A DNA stretch of 64,000 nucleotides from an uncultured cyanobacterium (GCA_963744145.1 CAVUSO010000001.1:2880001-2944000), one strand, 5' to 3'. Positions 31,961 to 42,290 are shown, counted from the first letter of the stretch. Program-made: numbers and translations. Notes: generated by a model not told the origin, from the letters alone.

Positions 31961-32133
31961 CAATACGGTTCGGTTAAAGAAGAAAATAGATTTTCTAGCT
32001 TAGTAAGTTAGATGATTTTCACCACCAAGACACGAAGACACCAAGTATTGATCAGATCAAACTTTCTGACCTTGGTGCCTTGGTGGCTTGGTGGTTCATC
32101 TCTCCAAACCGGAGCTTTAACTGAACCGTATTG
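31961..32133. mobile_element. 173-bp MITE with 19-bp TIRs and a 10-bp target duplication
   Basis: CAATACGGTTCGGTTAAAG / CTTTAACTGAACCGTATTG; AGTTAGATCC at 31951-31960 and 32134-32143; internal CACCAAGACAC../CTTGGTG inverted repeats. Confidence 0.92.
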
Positions 32134-32457
32134 AGTTAGATCCGATCTTGGTAATTTCACATTTGATCAGCACTAATGTATGCTTGAGTTAGGGCTAATC
32201 AATCCCAATAACATTAATTTTTACATAACCAAATATTAAATTATTTTGATAGAGATAATATTAAGAATTACGTCTGGATAGCTAGCTAATTTATGGCCCA
32301 TATTTGAGCGCGAGCCACCAAAATTGGGACAGCAGTTAATTTATTGGTAAATTTGGTTAATTTTGATATAAAAAGGGAAATAATATTAAATAGGTTTATA
32401 CTGATAAATACCATTTTCATCCCAACTTGTATTTACTCCTTATACAAGAATAATCCT

Positions 32458-33024
32458 ATGTCACTCGATTTGGGAACATCTCAAGCTGGAATAGTAGCAG
32501 CTAAACAAGGACGCTATTTAGAAGCGATCGAATTATTAGAATCTTTTTGTCAAAATACTGAGCCCCAGTCCAAAGACTATCTCCAAGCTCAAATGTGGTT
32601 GGTCAAAGCATACCAAAGTGTGGGACAGGAAGAAGAAGCGATCGCGCTGTGTCAGTTAATGACCTATAGTGATCATCCCCAGGTAGTCCAATGGGCTCGG
32701 AAAATTTTGCCATCCTTATCATCAGCACAAAAAACACAGTCTGATGAGATTACCAAATTACTGGAAGCAGGAAATGAATTTCTGAAGGAAAAACATTACT
32801 CCGAAGCAGTACAGTTATTAGAACAATTTTTAGAACTATGTAACGATCGCCATTGTCCAGAGTATAGCCAAGCTCAGGTGTGGTTGGTGAAAGCTTATCA
32901 AGGTAATGGACAATTAGAGAATGCTTTTATGCTTTGTCAGGAATTAGCTAATAGTGACAAATCTTCAGTAAAAAACTGGGCAGTAAAAATTATTCCTTTA
33001 CTTTCAAAAGCTAAATCAAAATGA
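32458..33024 (+). CDS. TPR-like protein with two homologous halves
   Basis: AQ(M/V)WLVKAYQ..LCQ..WA repeated twice. Confidence 0.8.
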   Translation: MSLDLGTSQAGIVAAKQGRYLEAIELLESFCQNTEPQSKDYLQAQMWLVKAYQSVGQEEEAIALCQLMTYSDHPQVVQWARKILPSLSSAQKTQSDEITKLLEAGNEFLKEKHYSEAVQLLEQFLELCNDRHCPEYSQAQVWLVKAYQGNGQLENAFMLCQELANSDKSSVKNWAVKIIPLLSKAKSK

Positions 33025-33028
33025 AAAA

Positions 33029-33601
33029 TTAGATATTTCTGTAGATTTGATCATCGTTATGATGATTAATCAACCGACGAGAAAGATCTGCAATTTTAGT
33101 AATTACACTGGTAACATTAAAATTAGGATCACTCAGATCAAGGGAACAAATATCAATAAAACCCTCAGCTAGAATAGGTGGGGAATTTTCCAGAGAGTAG
33201 AACATATTTTCAATAATTTCTACTGGTACTTGTCGCTGTCGTTGTTGGTTCCATTGTAAACAAATAGGTAAGGGAGTCTGTAAATACCAACCCATCCACT
33301 GGACTTTGCTACTCATCGCTTTCAATTGATGCAATAGTATCATCCGATAGCAACGTTTAGTATTAGTAGCATCATAGATCACAGGTTGATTTTGGGCGAT
33401 CGCTGCTTGGATATTAGCCAAAACTTCTTTTTCAATTTCCTCCCATTTACCTTGAATCCTTTCATCACCATAGAGTTGCTGACGAATTTGATCAGTGGAG
33501 ATTACCTGATAGTTACCCAAACTAGCTAACTGCGTTGCAAAAGTAGACTTACCACTACCGGGAATACCAATCATGATATGACCAATAAAAGCTTCTTGCA
33601 T
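33029..33601 (-). CDS. AAA_33-type P-loop kinase
   Basis: GIPGSGKST, STDQIR and DATN motifs. Confidence 0.88.
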   Translation of the reverse strand: MQEAFIGHIMIGIPGSGKSTFATQLASLGNYQVISTDQIRQQLYGDERIQGKWEEIEKEVLANIQAAIAQNQPVIYDATNTKRCYRMILLHQLKAMSSKVQWMGWYLQTPLPICLQWNQQRQRQVPVEIIENMFYSLENSPPILAEGFIDICSLDLSDPNFNVTSVITKIADLSRRLINHHNDDQIYRNI

Positions 33602-33697
33602 AGTGCCGATCGAAAATATTATTATTAATAGAATTAAAAACTTTGGTTAATTGGGAAAACAGCGATCGCTCTTGGGTCAAAGCGATCGCGTACCAAT

Positions 33698-34309
33698 TTA
33701 GGGAACTAGCTCCGTATTAATTTCGTTAATCGGTCTACGTTTAAGTTCAACTGACTCCGATCGCGGTAAGAGATTAAACACTTCACGTAAAACATCATCT
33801 ACTTTTTCAAAGGATACTAGACCTTTGTGATCAAAAACCACCTTACCCTGTTGGTTCAGCAAAACTGTTTGGGGAGCAAAACCCCTATAATAGTAACCTG
33901 GTTCATTAGGTTGATAACTTGATTTTTGGGGAATTGCATCAATATTAATGGGCATAAAATCTGCTGCCCGACCATAAAATTGTTGTAGCCTTGATACTAC
34001 TGTAGCATATTTTTTGCAATCACTGCTGTCATCAACATAAAATATTAATAATGCTGGGACAGAGCGTTCCAATGATGCTGCTAAGGTGACTCTGGGGGGG
34101 ACTAGGGAACCATTACCACCGTATAGAGCAAAGATGTTACCATCAAATCGATCATCGTTGATCCCAGCTAGTGCTGGGGGTGTTCCTGTCAATGACATCC
34201 AAGCGATCGCGATGATGAAGGTGAAAAGACAGGTAGAAACCACCCGACTCCAAGCATGACGAAGCGTAGTCAGGGTAATTGTCACTAATCGCAACCAGGG
34301 AACTATCAT
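33698..34309 (-). CDS. Thylakoid thioredoxin-like protein (photosystem I accumulation factor family)
   Basis: DDRFDGNIFALYGGNGSLVPP and YVDDSSDCK motifs. Confidence 0.8.
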   Translation of the reverse strand: MIVPWLRLVTITLTTLRHAWSRVVSTCLFTFIIAIAWMSLTGTPPALAGINDDRFDGNIFALYGGNGSLVPPRVTLAASLERSVPALLIFYVDDSSDCKKYATVVSRLQQFYGRAADFMPINIDAIPQKSSYQPNEPGYYYRGFAPQTVLLNQQGKVVFDHKGLVSFEKVDDVLREVFNLLPRSESVELKRRPINEINTELVP

Positions 34310-34382
34310 AAAATTGCCAGTAGAAATTGGTTAACTTCTTTTAGAATCGCACTTTCAGTTACAGTGGTCTAGGGGGGGGTGA

Positions 34383-36929
34383 TCAGTTTAGGGGTTCAGA
34401 TGATGGACAACTAGGATAATTGAACCAAGGATGATCAATTGTGGAGCTGGGTAAACTAGCTACTAATTCTACTCTTCCTTTGTCATTAATGAACCAATGA
34501 TCAGCTTCGATAATTTTGACGGGTTGAGGATCTAATCTAGAAGTATTAGGACGGAAATTATTACTGATCCGATTTTCCTGTTTTCTTCCTAAAATCCAAT
34601 CCGATAATATAGCTTGACTGTTAAGCATTTCCTGGGGATTAGATGGTAAACCACCTCGACCAGTCAGAATGAATTTATTTTCATTATTTTTACGACTCGA
34701 ACATTTTTGAGAAATTTGGTTACTAATATCCACAATTTTTTGGGGTAATATAATTAACCCTTTGCTCGGATCAAGATCAGGAGTTTTTATTTCTACTTCT
34801 CCGTTAATTCCAAACTGGGAACTAGCTGTGATTTTACTATCGGGAGACACAAAATTACCTTGAGTAGTAATAGAAATATTCCCACCTTGTCCTTCAATAG
34901 CATTAGCTGTAATCTTACTACTTTCTAGTAAAACTATATTATCAGCATCCAGAGTCACATTACCCCCAGTAGCTTTTCCACCTGCACTAGCACTAACTAT
35001 ACTATCATGACGTAGCTGAATATTGGGTGAGTTAATTGTAATATTACCTTTAATTCCCTCCGCAGTAATTGCTGCAAAAAGTGATTGATCTAAAGAAACA
35101 AAATTTGCTTGGATTTTTAAATTACCTGCTGCTCCTGTACCTGCTGATAATAGGTTATTTATATCTAAATTACTGACATTAATTTTGGCTCCATTTTGAG
35201 CAATTAAGTTTCCCGCTACAATATCTAAATTTCCCCCCGTTCCTGAACCTAAAGTACCAGCATTCAGAATTCCCTTATCTGCGATCGTTAAATTGGGAGT
35301 ATTAATCATTAAATTACCAGCATTACCACTCCCTCCCTGATTACCAGTAAATATGGTACTATTAGTTTTACCATCGGTTGAAGTACCAATTACTTTGAGG
35401 GTATCTGAAACTAGCAATGTCAGATCACCCCCATCACCTGCTCCCGATGTTCCAGCACTAATAATAGCTCCATTTTTAACAGTTAAATCGGGAGTTTGGA
35501 TAGTTAAATTTCCCGCTTTTCCCTTCCCTCCAGTATTAGCAGTAAATAAATTACTGCGAAGTTGACCATCGGGAGAAATCCCCTCCAGATTAACTGTATC
35601 TGTGGCTATAATATTAATATTTCCTCCATCTCCTATATCCGAGGTAGAAGCACCAATCCGTCCCCCATTGATGATATTTAAGTTAGTGGTATTGATGGTT
35701 AAATCACCAGCATTACCACTACTACCTGATTTACTATCAGCAAATAAACCAGTAGCATTACTACTATTTTCAATGTTACCAATAATATTAATATTAGATG
35801 CTTGGATTATGCAGGAGCCACTATTACCAATTCCAAAGGTATTAGCTGTCATCCTTCCTCCTTCTTGCAAATTTAAATTACCAGTTTTAATTACTATATT
35901 TGCTCCATTTCCCGTTGCTTTTGGGTCAACATCACTAAAGAAACCACTAGGTAAATTTGTTTGGGAAGCTATCCCAGCGATCGCTATGGTATCCGTAACA
36001 TTTACAGTTAAGTTTCCCCCTGGATAATTACCAGTTGTATCAGCAATAATAACGGAACTATCGGTCAAACTCAAATTTTTTGCTTGGATTTGGACATTTC
36101 CAGCTCCCATCCCACTCACATTGAGAGAAGATGCAGAATTCAAGCTAATATTTTGCCAATTTTGGACTCCGGAATAATCTAATTTCCACCCTGGATTAGT
36201 TGAAGTTAAATTTACATAACTTCCAGCACCAACACTTCCTAATTCGATCCTTCCAGCGATCGCGGTTAAATTACCACCAACTAAAGAGATATCTCCACCT
36301 ACTAGAGCTAAAGTCTGAGCAAAGGGTACTTGTAAACCGACGGGACGATTAGTCTGATCAATTAGTTCGGAAGTTGAAGAAAATTTTAGTTGATTACCTG
36401 CACCTTGAACGGTGATGGGAGCAGGATTTGAACCAAATTGTAATCCGATCGGTAAATTAACTGTTAGTAAAGATAATTGATTGGGATTATTAGCATTAAA
36501 AGTAGTTTCATCGCTAAATTTTATACTACTAGCGGTACTAGCTAAAAAAGACCCTCCAATCTTAAGCTGCGTATTAGCACCAAATATAATTCCATGAGGA
36601 TTGATTAAAAATAAGTTTGCTGTATGGTTAGTTTTGATTAATCCGTCGATTTGGGAAACTGAACTACCCGTGACACGGGTGATAATATTTTGAATATCGA
36701 TCGCATTATTAAAAAAAATAGTGTTGTTTGTTGGTAAAGAAAACTGAGTAAAACTATGAAATAGATTGGGACCCGCTCTCGTTCCACCAGTAATGATCTG
36801 AGTATTACCTTGGGTCGTGACTAAGGAATTAATGGGAAGTGTTAGATCCGACAATACTTGAGCAGAAACAACTCTAGGGTATAGGTGAAAAGTCAGCAGA
36901 GCGAAAATCAATAAAGAACTGAATTTCAT
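34383..36929 (-). CDS. Filamentous haemagglutinin-family exoprotein
   Basis: Signal peptide, NLFHSF and NLFLINPHGIIFG secretion domain, Gly-rich beta-helical repeats, TGRGGLP C-terminus. Confidence 0.92.
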   Translation of the reverse strand: MKFSSLLIFALLTFHLYPRVVSAQVLSDLTLPINSLVTTQGNTQIITGGTRAGPNLFHSFTQFSLPTNNTIFFNNAIDIQNIITRVTGSSVSQIDGLIKTNHTANLFLINPHGIIFGANTQLKIGGSFLASTASSIKFSDETTFNANNPNQLSLLTVNLPIGLQFGSNPAPITVQGAGNQLKFSSTSELIDQTNRPVGLQVPFAQTLALVGGDISLVGGNLTAIAGRIELGSVGAGSYVNLTSTNPGWKLDYSGVQNWQNISLNSASSLNVSGMGAGNVQIQAKNLSLTDSSVIIADTTGNYPGGNLTVNVTDTIAIAGIASQTNLPSGFFSDVDPKATGNGANIVIKTGNLNLQEGGRMTANTFGIGNSGSCIIQASNINIIGNIENSSNATGLFADSKSGSSGNAGDLTINTTNLNIINGGRIGASTSDIGDGGNINIIATDTVNLEGISPDGQLRSNLFTANTGGKGKAGNLTIQTPDLTVKNGAIISAGTSGAGDGGDLTLLVSDTLKVIGTSTDGKTNSTIFTGNQGGSGNAGNLMINTPNLTIADKGILNAGTLGSGTGGNLDIVAGNLIAQNGAKINVSNLDINNLLSAGTGAAGNLKIQANFVSLDQSLFAAITAEGIKGNITINSPNIQLRHDSIVSASAGGKATGGNVTLDADNIVLLESSKITANAIEGQGGNISITTQGNFVSPDSKITASSQFGINGEVEIKTPDLDPSKGLIILPQKIVDISNQISQKCSSRKNNENKFILTGRGGLPSNPQEMLNSQAILSDWILGRKQENRISNNFRPNTSRLDPQPVKIIEADHWFINDKGRVELVASLPSSTIDHPWFNYPSCPSSEPLN

Positions 36930-36948
36930 AAATAATAAAATACCTAAC

Positions 36949-37233
36949 TTATAATTGGGCTCTAATCGTAAATGAATAGTCTCCTCCAGGTTCTAATTGA
37001 TAATCCCATTTTTCTAAAAACCGACCTAGAGGTTCTTTAATTAATGCTCTTCCCCGTGAAGGTTCAATGACTAAATTTCCACCTTGAAAACACCAACAAA
37101 ATTGCCATTCAAAATCACTCGCTCTCACTTCACCTTCTAACGTACCTTTATGCCAGGATTGTCCAGTAATCCTGACATAAGCAGTAGTTTCCGGTAGAGG
37201 TTTCCGACTCACCCTGTTACTTGCCAATGGCAC
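36949..37233 (-). CDS. DUF3146-family protein
   Basis: LPETTAYVRIT..GRALIKEPLGRFLE..YQLEPGGDY; downstream of pth. Confidence 0.82.
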   Translation of the reverse strand: MPLASNRVSRKPLPETTAYVRITGQSWHKGTLEGEVRASDFEWQFCWCFQGGNLVIEPSRGRALIKEPLGRFLEKWDYQLEPGGDYSFTIRAQL

Positions 37234-37237
37234 TATT

Positions 37238-37879
37238 TTAATGAGTTAATGGTGAAATACTACGATTATTATAAATGTTCATTGCTTTTTCTACTCCTTG
37301 TTTCAGACTAAGTTCGATCGCACTAACTACAATTTGCAAAACTTCCGACATTAATTCAGTTTCGGCTGAGGAAAATTTCCCTAAAACATGAGATATGGTA
37401 TTCTTATCTCCCGTGACAGTTGTATATTGGGGGGAACCAATCCCAATGCGGAGACGGGGAAAATTTTGAGTACCTAGATGCGCGATCGCAGATTTCATCC
37501 CATTATGTCCACCAGCAGAACCCGATAACCGTAACCGTAAACGACCGATGGGTAAATCCATATCATCATAAATGATCAGCACTGATCCTGGAGACAACTT
37601 AAACCAATCAACTACAGCTCTAATCGCATCCCCAGAACGATTCATATAAGTCAAGGGTTTCAGTAAGCGAATTTTCTCTCCATGAATTCCCATTCCTTCT
37701 CCCCATAAACCTTGAAACTTGCGATTTTCTGACCAAGATATTTCCCAGGAACGGGCTAAGGTATCAACCGCAGCAAAACCTATATTATGACGCGTTTGGT
37801 CATATTGGCTAGTGGGATTCCCCAAACCGACGATTAATTGGGGAATCACTAAAGCTAGTGGTGCTTTAGCTTCTGTCAT
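37238..37879 (-). CDS. pth: Peptidyl-tRNA hydrolase
   Basis: GLGNP, TRHNIGF, YMNRSG and GGHNG motifs. Confidence 0.97.
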   Translation of the reverse strand: MTEAKAPLALVIPQLIVGLGNPTSQYDQTRHNIGFAAVDTLARSWEISWSENRKFQGLWGEGMGIHGEKIRLLKPLTYMNRSGDAIRAVVDWFKLSPGSVLIIYDDMDLPIGRLRLRLSGSAGGHNGMKSAIAHLGTQNFPRLRIGIGSPQYTTVTGDKNTISHVLGKFSSAETELMSEVLQIVVSAIELSLKQGVEKAMNIYNNRSISPLTH

Positions 37880-37901
37880 TATTTTTTTATGATGAAAATT
37901 A

Positions 37902-38174
37902 CTAACCTGAGTGAGACTGTTTAGTCGGGGTTTCTTCGGAAATCACCGGAATGGTTTTTTCCGATTTAGCGACTAAGGTAGCTTTTTCTGATTGTTCGAG
38001 CTGTTCAGCTTCCCGTTTAAATTCAGACTCAAACTCTCTAGACGCATCTTGGAACCCACGAATTGCTTTACCCATACTACGTCCAATCTCGGGCAATTTC
38101 TTTGGACCAAAGATTAATAGGGCAATTACTAAAATTACTATCACTTCCGGGAGACCAATACCAAAAATATTCAT
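37902..38174 (-). CDS. tatA: Twin-arginine translocase TatA/E subunit
   Basis: MNIFGIGLPE..FGPKKLPEIG. Confidence 0.95.
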   Translation of the reverse strand: MNIFGIGLPEVIVILVIALLIFGPKKLPEIGRSMGKAIRGFQDASREFESEFKREAEQLEQSEKATLVAKSEKTIPVISEETPTKQSHSG

Positions 38175-38259
38175 TAGATTTCCTGACTCTAATTGCAACC
38201 TTATGAATTTTAATTCATTATTTGGGGAAATGAACAGTCATAAGTAATTATACTCAAAA

Positions 38260-38285
38260 CAAAAAAAACCCCGAGCGATCGGGGA
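38260..38285 (-). terminator. Rho-independent terminator after psbH
   Basis: CCCCGA..TCGGGG stem followed by a T-run on the minus strand. Confidence 0.7.
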
Positions 38286-38324
38286 ATCTACATTGAATTG
38301 AATTAAATTTTGATTGAAAATAGA

Positions 38325-38528
38325 CTAACGACCGAGACTAGTCCAAGAGACATCAAGATTCTCAAGTAACAAAGAGGAATTGTAAATTTGGAGAATAATA
38401 ACCAAAAAGAGGAAAAACAGCAACATAAAGAAAGCCATTACGGGAGTAGTGGCCCAGCCTGGGGCCACTTTACCATATTCAGAGTTTAGGGGTCTGAGAA
38501 CATTACTTAACCAAGTCCGTTGTGCCAT
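38325..38528 (-). CDS. psbH: Photosystem II protein PsbH
   Basis: [34 protein letters not shown]. Confidence 0.97.
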   Translation of the reverse strand: MAQRTWLSNVLRPLNSEYGKVAPGWATTPVMAFFMLLFFLFLVIILQIYNSSLLLENLDVSWTSLGR

Positions 38529-38621
38529 AAATCTATCTTCCAGCCAGAAAAATGTATGGGTAGATGATATCATGCCAAGATACACCATCCAAAAGCAAAA
38601 AAAAAATTCCCAGCAGAACAG

Positions 38622-39300
38622 GGGTATTAACTATTTACAAAAATTTACCTAAATCTTCTTATATCTACTTAAAAACTGCGCTAGAATGACTGAATGAGTA
38701 AGTTAAGCATCTCTGAAGCCGCACAGCTAAAAGGTGTAAGCGTCTCAACCTTGAGACGATGGGAGTCCGAAGGTAAATTAATCCCAGAACGTACTGCTAA
38801 TGGTCACAGACGTTATAGCATGAATCAGCTTTTAGACATTAAGCCTGATAGTGCCTTAACTGTATGTTACGCCAGAGTTAGCAGCCATGACCAAAAAAGC
38901 GATTTGGAGCGACAAAAACAAGTTTTAGAGTTGTTTTGCTCAACTCACGGTTGGCAGTTTCAAGTAATTGAAGATTTAGGTTCGGGACTTAATTATAGCA
39001 AGCGAGGTTTACAACGATTAATTAGGATGATTACTGACAATCAAGTAGAAAGGCTAGTGCTTACCCACAAAGATAGATTATTAAGGTTTGGCTCTGAGCT
39101 AATTTTTAGTTTGTGTGAACATTTTGGCACGGAAATTGTGATCATCAATCGGACAGAAGATGCTTCATTTGAAGAAGATCTGGCCAAGGATATATTAGAA
39201 ATTATCACGGTATTTTCCGCTCGTCTCTATGGCAGTAGAAACCATAAAAACAAACAAATAATTACAGAACTCAAAGACATTGCTCAAAAGCTTTAAACGG
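38622..39300 (+). mobile_element. IS607-family element remnant lacking tnpB
   Basis: Intact tnpA; upstream TAAATCTTC/TATATCTAC repeats; an overlapping TTG CTC AAA AGC TTT AAA may be a tnpB start stub; ends approximate. Confidence 0.7.
38694..39296 (+). CDS. tnpA: IS607-family serine recombinase TnpA
   Basis: N-terminal MerR-like HTH (STLRRWE..GHRRY), YARVSS, DRLLRFG and VFSARLYG motifs. Confidence 0.93.
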   Translation: MSKLSISEAAQLKGVSVSTLRRWESEGKLIPERTANGHRRYSMNQLLDIKPDSALTVCYARVSSHDQKSDLERQKQVLELFCSTHGWQFQVIEDLGSGLNYSKRGLQRLIRMITDNQVERLVLTHKDRLLRFGSELIFSLCEHFGTEIVIINRTEDASFEEDLAKDILEIITVFSARLYGSRNHKNKQIITELKDIAQKL

Positions 39301-39326
39301 ATATTATGCTATCAAATTAGAACTCA

Positions 39327-39358
39327 GGTACGGGCGCAAGAGCTTTTGCGCCCCTATA
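39327..39358. repeat. REP-like hairpin GGGCGCAA..TTGCGCCCCTA
   Basis: Short inverted repeat with a CCCCTA foot. Confidence 0.6.
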
Positions 39359-39645
39359 ACAAGGAACGTACTTTGATAGCGGTATAATAGTAAGGAATTC
39401 GTAAAATCTGCTCGTACACCTCCCATTTTCCGGGTGGTTTGTCGGCGATTTCTCCCATATTTCCATTTCCTTCTAATTGCTCACCTTTATTAGATAAATT
39501 TTCTGCAACCGTTTCCCCTAAATCTTCTTTCTCTGTTCCTGGTGACAGTAATTCTACTACTACAAATGGAGCTACACCTTCTTGCCAAATCACATAAGAA
39601 AGACGCAGATCAGTTTGATCATAAAGTCGAGATACACCTACAGAG
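39354..39645 (-). pseudogene. Uma2-family endonuclease internal fragment
   Basis: RLSYVIWQEGVAPFVVVELLSPGTEKEDLG..KWEVYEQILRIPYY; both ends missing. Confidence 0.8.
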
Positions 39646-39722
39646 TTTGAGAAACAGGGTATTTTAATGGAAACATAGATTTTCGCTTTATGACTAACTT
39701 TCACTATCAAATAAGACTTTCT

Positions 39723-39974
39723 TCAACGGTATTTTTCCTCTAGATAATTGATATAAGATTCGTTTAAATCGGCGGATTCAAGCTGAATTACACCAATTAG
39801 ACTTTGAGTCCAATCAGCGAGTTCTGTTAAAGATTTTTCCTTTGGGAGAAAAGAAATAGATAGGGAATAAATTGTGGTTTCCCGTTGAATTGATGTTAAG
39901 ATTGACTGAACTAAACGCCAGCGTTCGGAGAGTGATAATTGTAATATCTGATCTTCTAACTCTGATAATATCAT
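39723..39974 (-). CDS. Small hypothetical protein, antitoxin-like
   Basis: GGGAGG RBS; ILQLSLSERWRLVQ..SLIGVI..YLEEKY; no intact partner gene follows. Confidence 0.6.
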   Translation of the reverse strand: MILSELEDQILQLSLSERWRLVQSILTSIQRETTIYSLSISFLPKEKSLTELADWTQSLIGVIQLESADLNESYINYLEEKYR

Positions 39975-40630
39975 CAGTTTTCCTCCCTAAATTGACTTGC
40001 TGAAAATCTAACTATGACCCACTCGAAAAATTACATAAGACTACTGATTTTATGATTTTAGCCAATATTTTGAAATTTTGGGCGATCGCGCTTTGATAAT
40101 TTTACCGTATTACTGATGTATCAATTCAAACTTGACTTTAACCGTATCCCAGAATATTTATAATCGACTATGTAGTTTTTTGTATCGCGATCGCGATACC
40201 ATTATATTAGATCCGAATGCTTCACCCTTCTAAAACCGAGATATTCCAAAAAATTCTTAACTGAATGGATTTTAATATATAGTTGATCTGTTGGTTGCAT
40301 AGATGGTGAGGGCAAAGCATTTCGGTAATATTATCCTTCGCTTCAGCAATTATTTATGCGCCGAAATGCTTTGCCCCTACGAGGAACTGAACTGGATTGA
40401 TATTTAATCAGCGATCGCTTACAGATCAATGGGGTGTAGGGGCGAAGCATTCGGGCGATAATTTACCGCTTAAACCAGCAATATTAGATCCGAATGCTTC
40501 GCCCTTCTTCTGCGTCGAGCTCCCAAAAAATTCTGAACTGAATGTATTTTAATATATAATTGATCTGTTGGCTACATAGATGGCAGGGCAAAGCATTTCG
40601 GTAATATTATTCTTCCCTTCGACTACGCTC

Positions 40631-42087
40631 CAGGGTAAGAGCATCTCAATTAGGCTTGACACAAGGATTAAGAAGGATCTAATGTAGACTCAGAGAAACA
40701 AGAAAGGAGGATTTGGAGCATATAATTATTATCCATAGCAGCGCGTTTACTTTTCTGGCGTAAACTGCGTTTGTAAGTTGACTCGCGATTAAGAGCGTTG
40801 AGAGCTAATCGTCTGAGCAGAGAAAAGTTACGAGGACTGTGAAAAGAACGAATGCGACAGCTATCTTCAAAAAAAGTACAATCTAAAGTCCAGTGTGCAG
40901 AATTTTCGATTTCCCAATGTTGACGAATAGCTCGACCTATGAATTCAGCATTGTTGTCTAAAGAAGTAAGATAGTATTGAGTCTCGCAAGTAGTTTTGTT
41001 CCAAAGATGACGGATACGATGAATGATGACAATACTTTTTAAACCTGCCCATAATTTGGGTTGGTAAAGGTCAGGAATGGCCGTAATAGGGAGCACCCAA
41101 ACTTCACGAATTTCCACCCGATGATGCCCTTTCTCAATCCGTTTGTCATGAGTGAAATCAATTCCTGAAAAATTATTTTTCTGTGCAGTTTGGAAGAATT
41201 GTTGTACCTGATTATGTAAAGTTGGATGATTGGCTTTAAGTGTCAGAATATAATCAGCTTTTTTATCAATAATCTTTTGAGCAATTTCGGTTTGGGTCCC
41301 CATCGCATCAATAGTAATAATTGAGCCAGCGATATCAAGTAACTCTAGTAATGCTGGAATAGCTGTAATTTCATTGGATTTATCTTGGACTTTCATTTGT
41401 GCTAAAACTAATCGTTGTTCACTAGCCCACGCACTAATCAAATGTAATGCTGATTGTCCTTGATTTCGGTCATAGGAACCTCTGACAGTCTTCCCATCTA
41501 TGGCAATTACTTCTCCTCCCATTTGAGTAACTAAGGTGTTTACCCAAGCTTGAAAACATTGCTCCAATTGGTTGGGGTTAATACTTTCAAATACTCGACG
41601 AAAGGTATCATCTGAGGGAATACCATTGGGTAATTCTAAAAACTCTTCTAGCCAAATTTGTTTACTAATCCCATAATTCTCAATGTCTTCCCAGCCTTGT
41701 GCTCCAGCTATTATGACCAGAATTGCCATCACTAAAATGTCTATCAATAAGTGTTTTTTTGTTCGGTTTACTCTCGGGTCTTCAACATCTTCAAAATGCT
41801 TGACTAAACTCTGTTGTATTTCCATCAAGTCAGCTACTACTTGGTTTTTCCTAGCAGAATGGGAGTTTTGTTTAGCATTAGCTATATTGATATCGAACCC
41901 TTGAGACATTTGAATATTCCTGGAGATTATGAGTTGGACGGTATAGTTTTTCACCTACCACTCTCTATGCTCTTTTGTCAACTATTTTCTCTACCAGATT
42001 TGTGATGTTCTGATCTCGATGGCTATATTTCATATTTGATGAAAATATTCTGTATCCTCGGTGACAAAATTAGATGCGCTAACCCTG
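40631..42087 (-). mobile_element. Complete ISAs1-family insertion sequence (1457 bp)
   Basis: TIRs CAGGGTAAGAGCATCT / AGATGCGCTAACCCTG; 10-bp TSD GACTACGCTC at 40621-40630 and 42088-42097. Confidence 0.96.
40668..41909 (-). CDS. ISAs1-family DDE transposase
   Basis: DPR, GIPSDDTFRRVF, IDGKT, KSNEITAIP, TIDAMG and RQHWEIEN motifs; frame open to 41954. Confidence 0.96.
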   Translation of the reverse strand: MSQGFDINIANAKQNSHSARKNQVVADLMEIQQSLVKHFEDVEDPRVNRTKKHLLIDILVMAILVIIAGAQGWEDIENYGISKQIWLEEFLELPNGIPSDDTFRRVFESINPNQLEQCFQAWVNTLVTQMGGEVIAIDGKTVRGSYDRNQGQSALHLISAWASEQRLVLAQMKVQDKSNEITAIPALLELLDIAGSIITIDAMGTQTEIAQKIIDKKADYILTLKANHPTLHNQVQQFFQTAQKNNFSGIDFTHDKRIEKGHHRVEIREVWVLPITAIPDLYQPKLWAGLKSIVIIHRIRHLWNKTTCETQYYLTSLDNNAEFIGRAIRQHWEIENSAHWTLDCTFFEDSCRIRSFHSPRNFSLLRRLALNALNRESTYKRSLRQKSKRAAMDNNYMLQILLSCFSESTLDPS

Positions 42088-42242
42088 GACTACGCTCAGG
42101 GTAAACGCTTCAGCAATTATTTATTCGCCGAAATGCTTTGCCCCTACGAGGAACTGAATTGGATTGATATTTAATCAGCGATCGCTTACAGATCAATGGG
42201 GTGTAGGGGCGAAGCATTCGGGCGACAATTGAACAATCAAAC

Positions 42243-42290
42243 TTTACCCTGAGTTTACCCTGAGCGTAGTCGAAGGGCGTAGTCGAAGGG
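42243..42290 (-). repeat. 24-bp micro-element inserted inside a copy of itself
   Basis: TTTACCCTGAG[TTTACCCTGAGCGTAGTCGAAGGG]CGTAGTCGAAGGG. Confidence 0.92.

Noticed and set aside
35353..36027. Antisense ORFs within the haemagglutinin gene (and similar ones inside PBP, radA, dxs, SNF2 and thiE)
   Set aside because: They overlap well-supported genes on the opposite strand or in another frame and have no motifs
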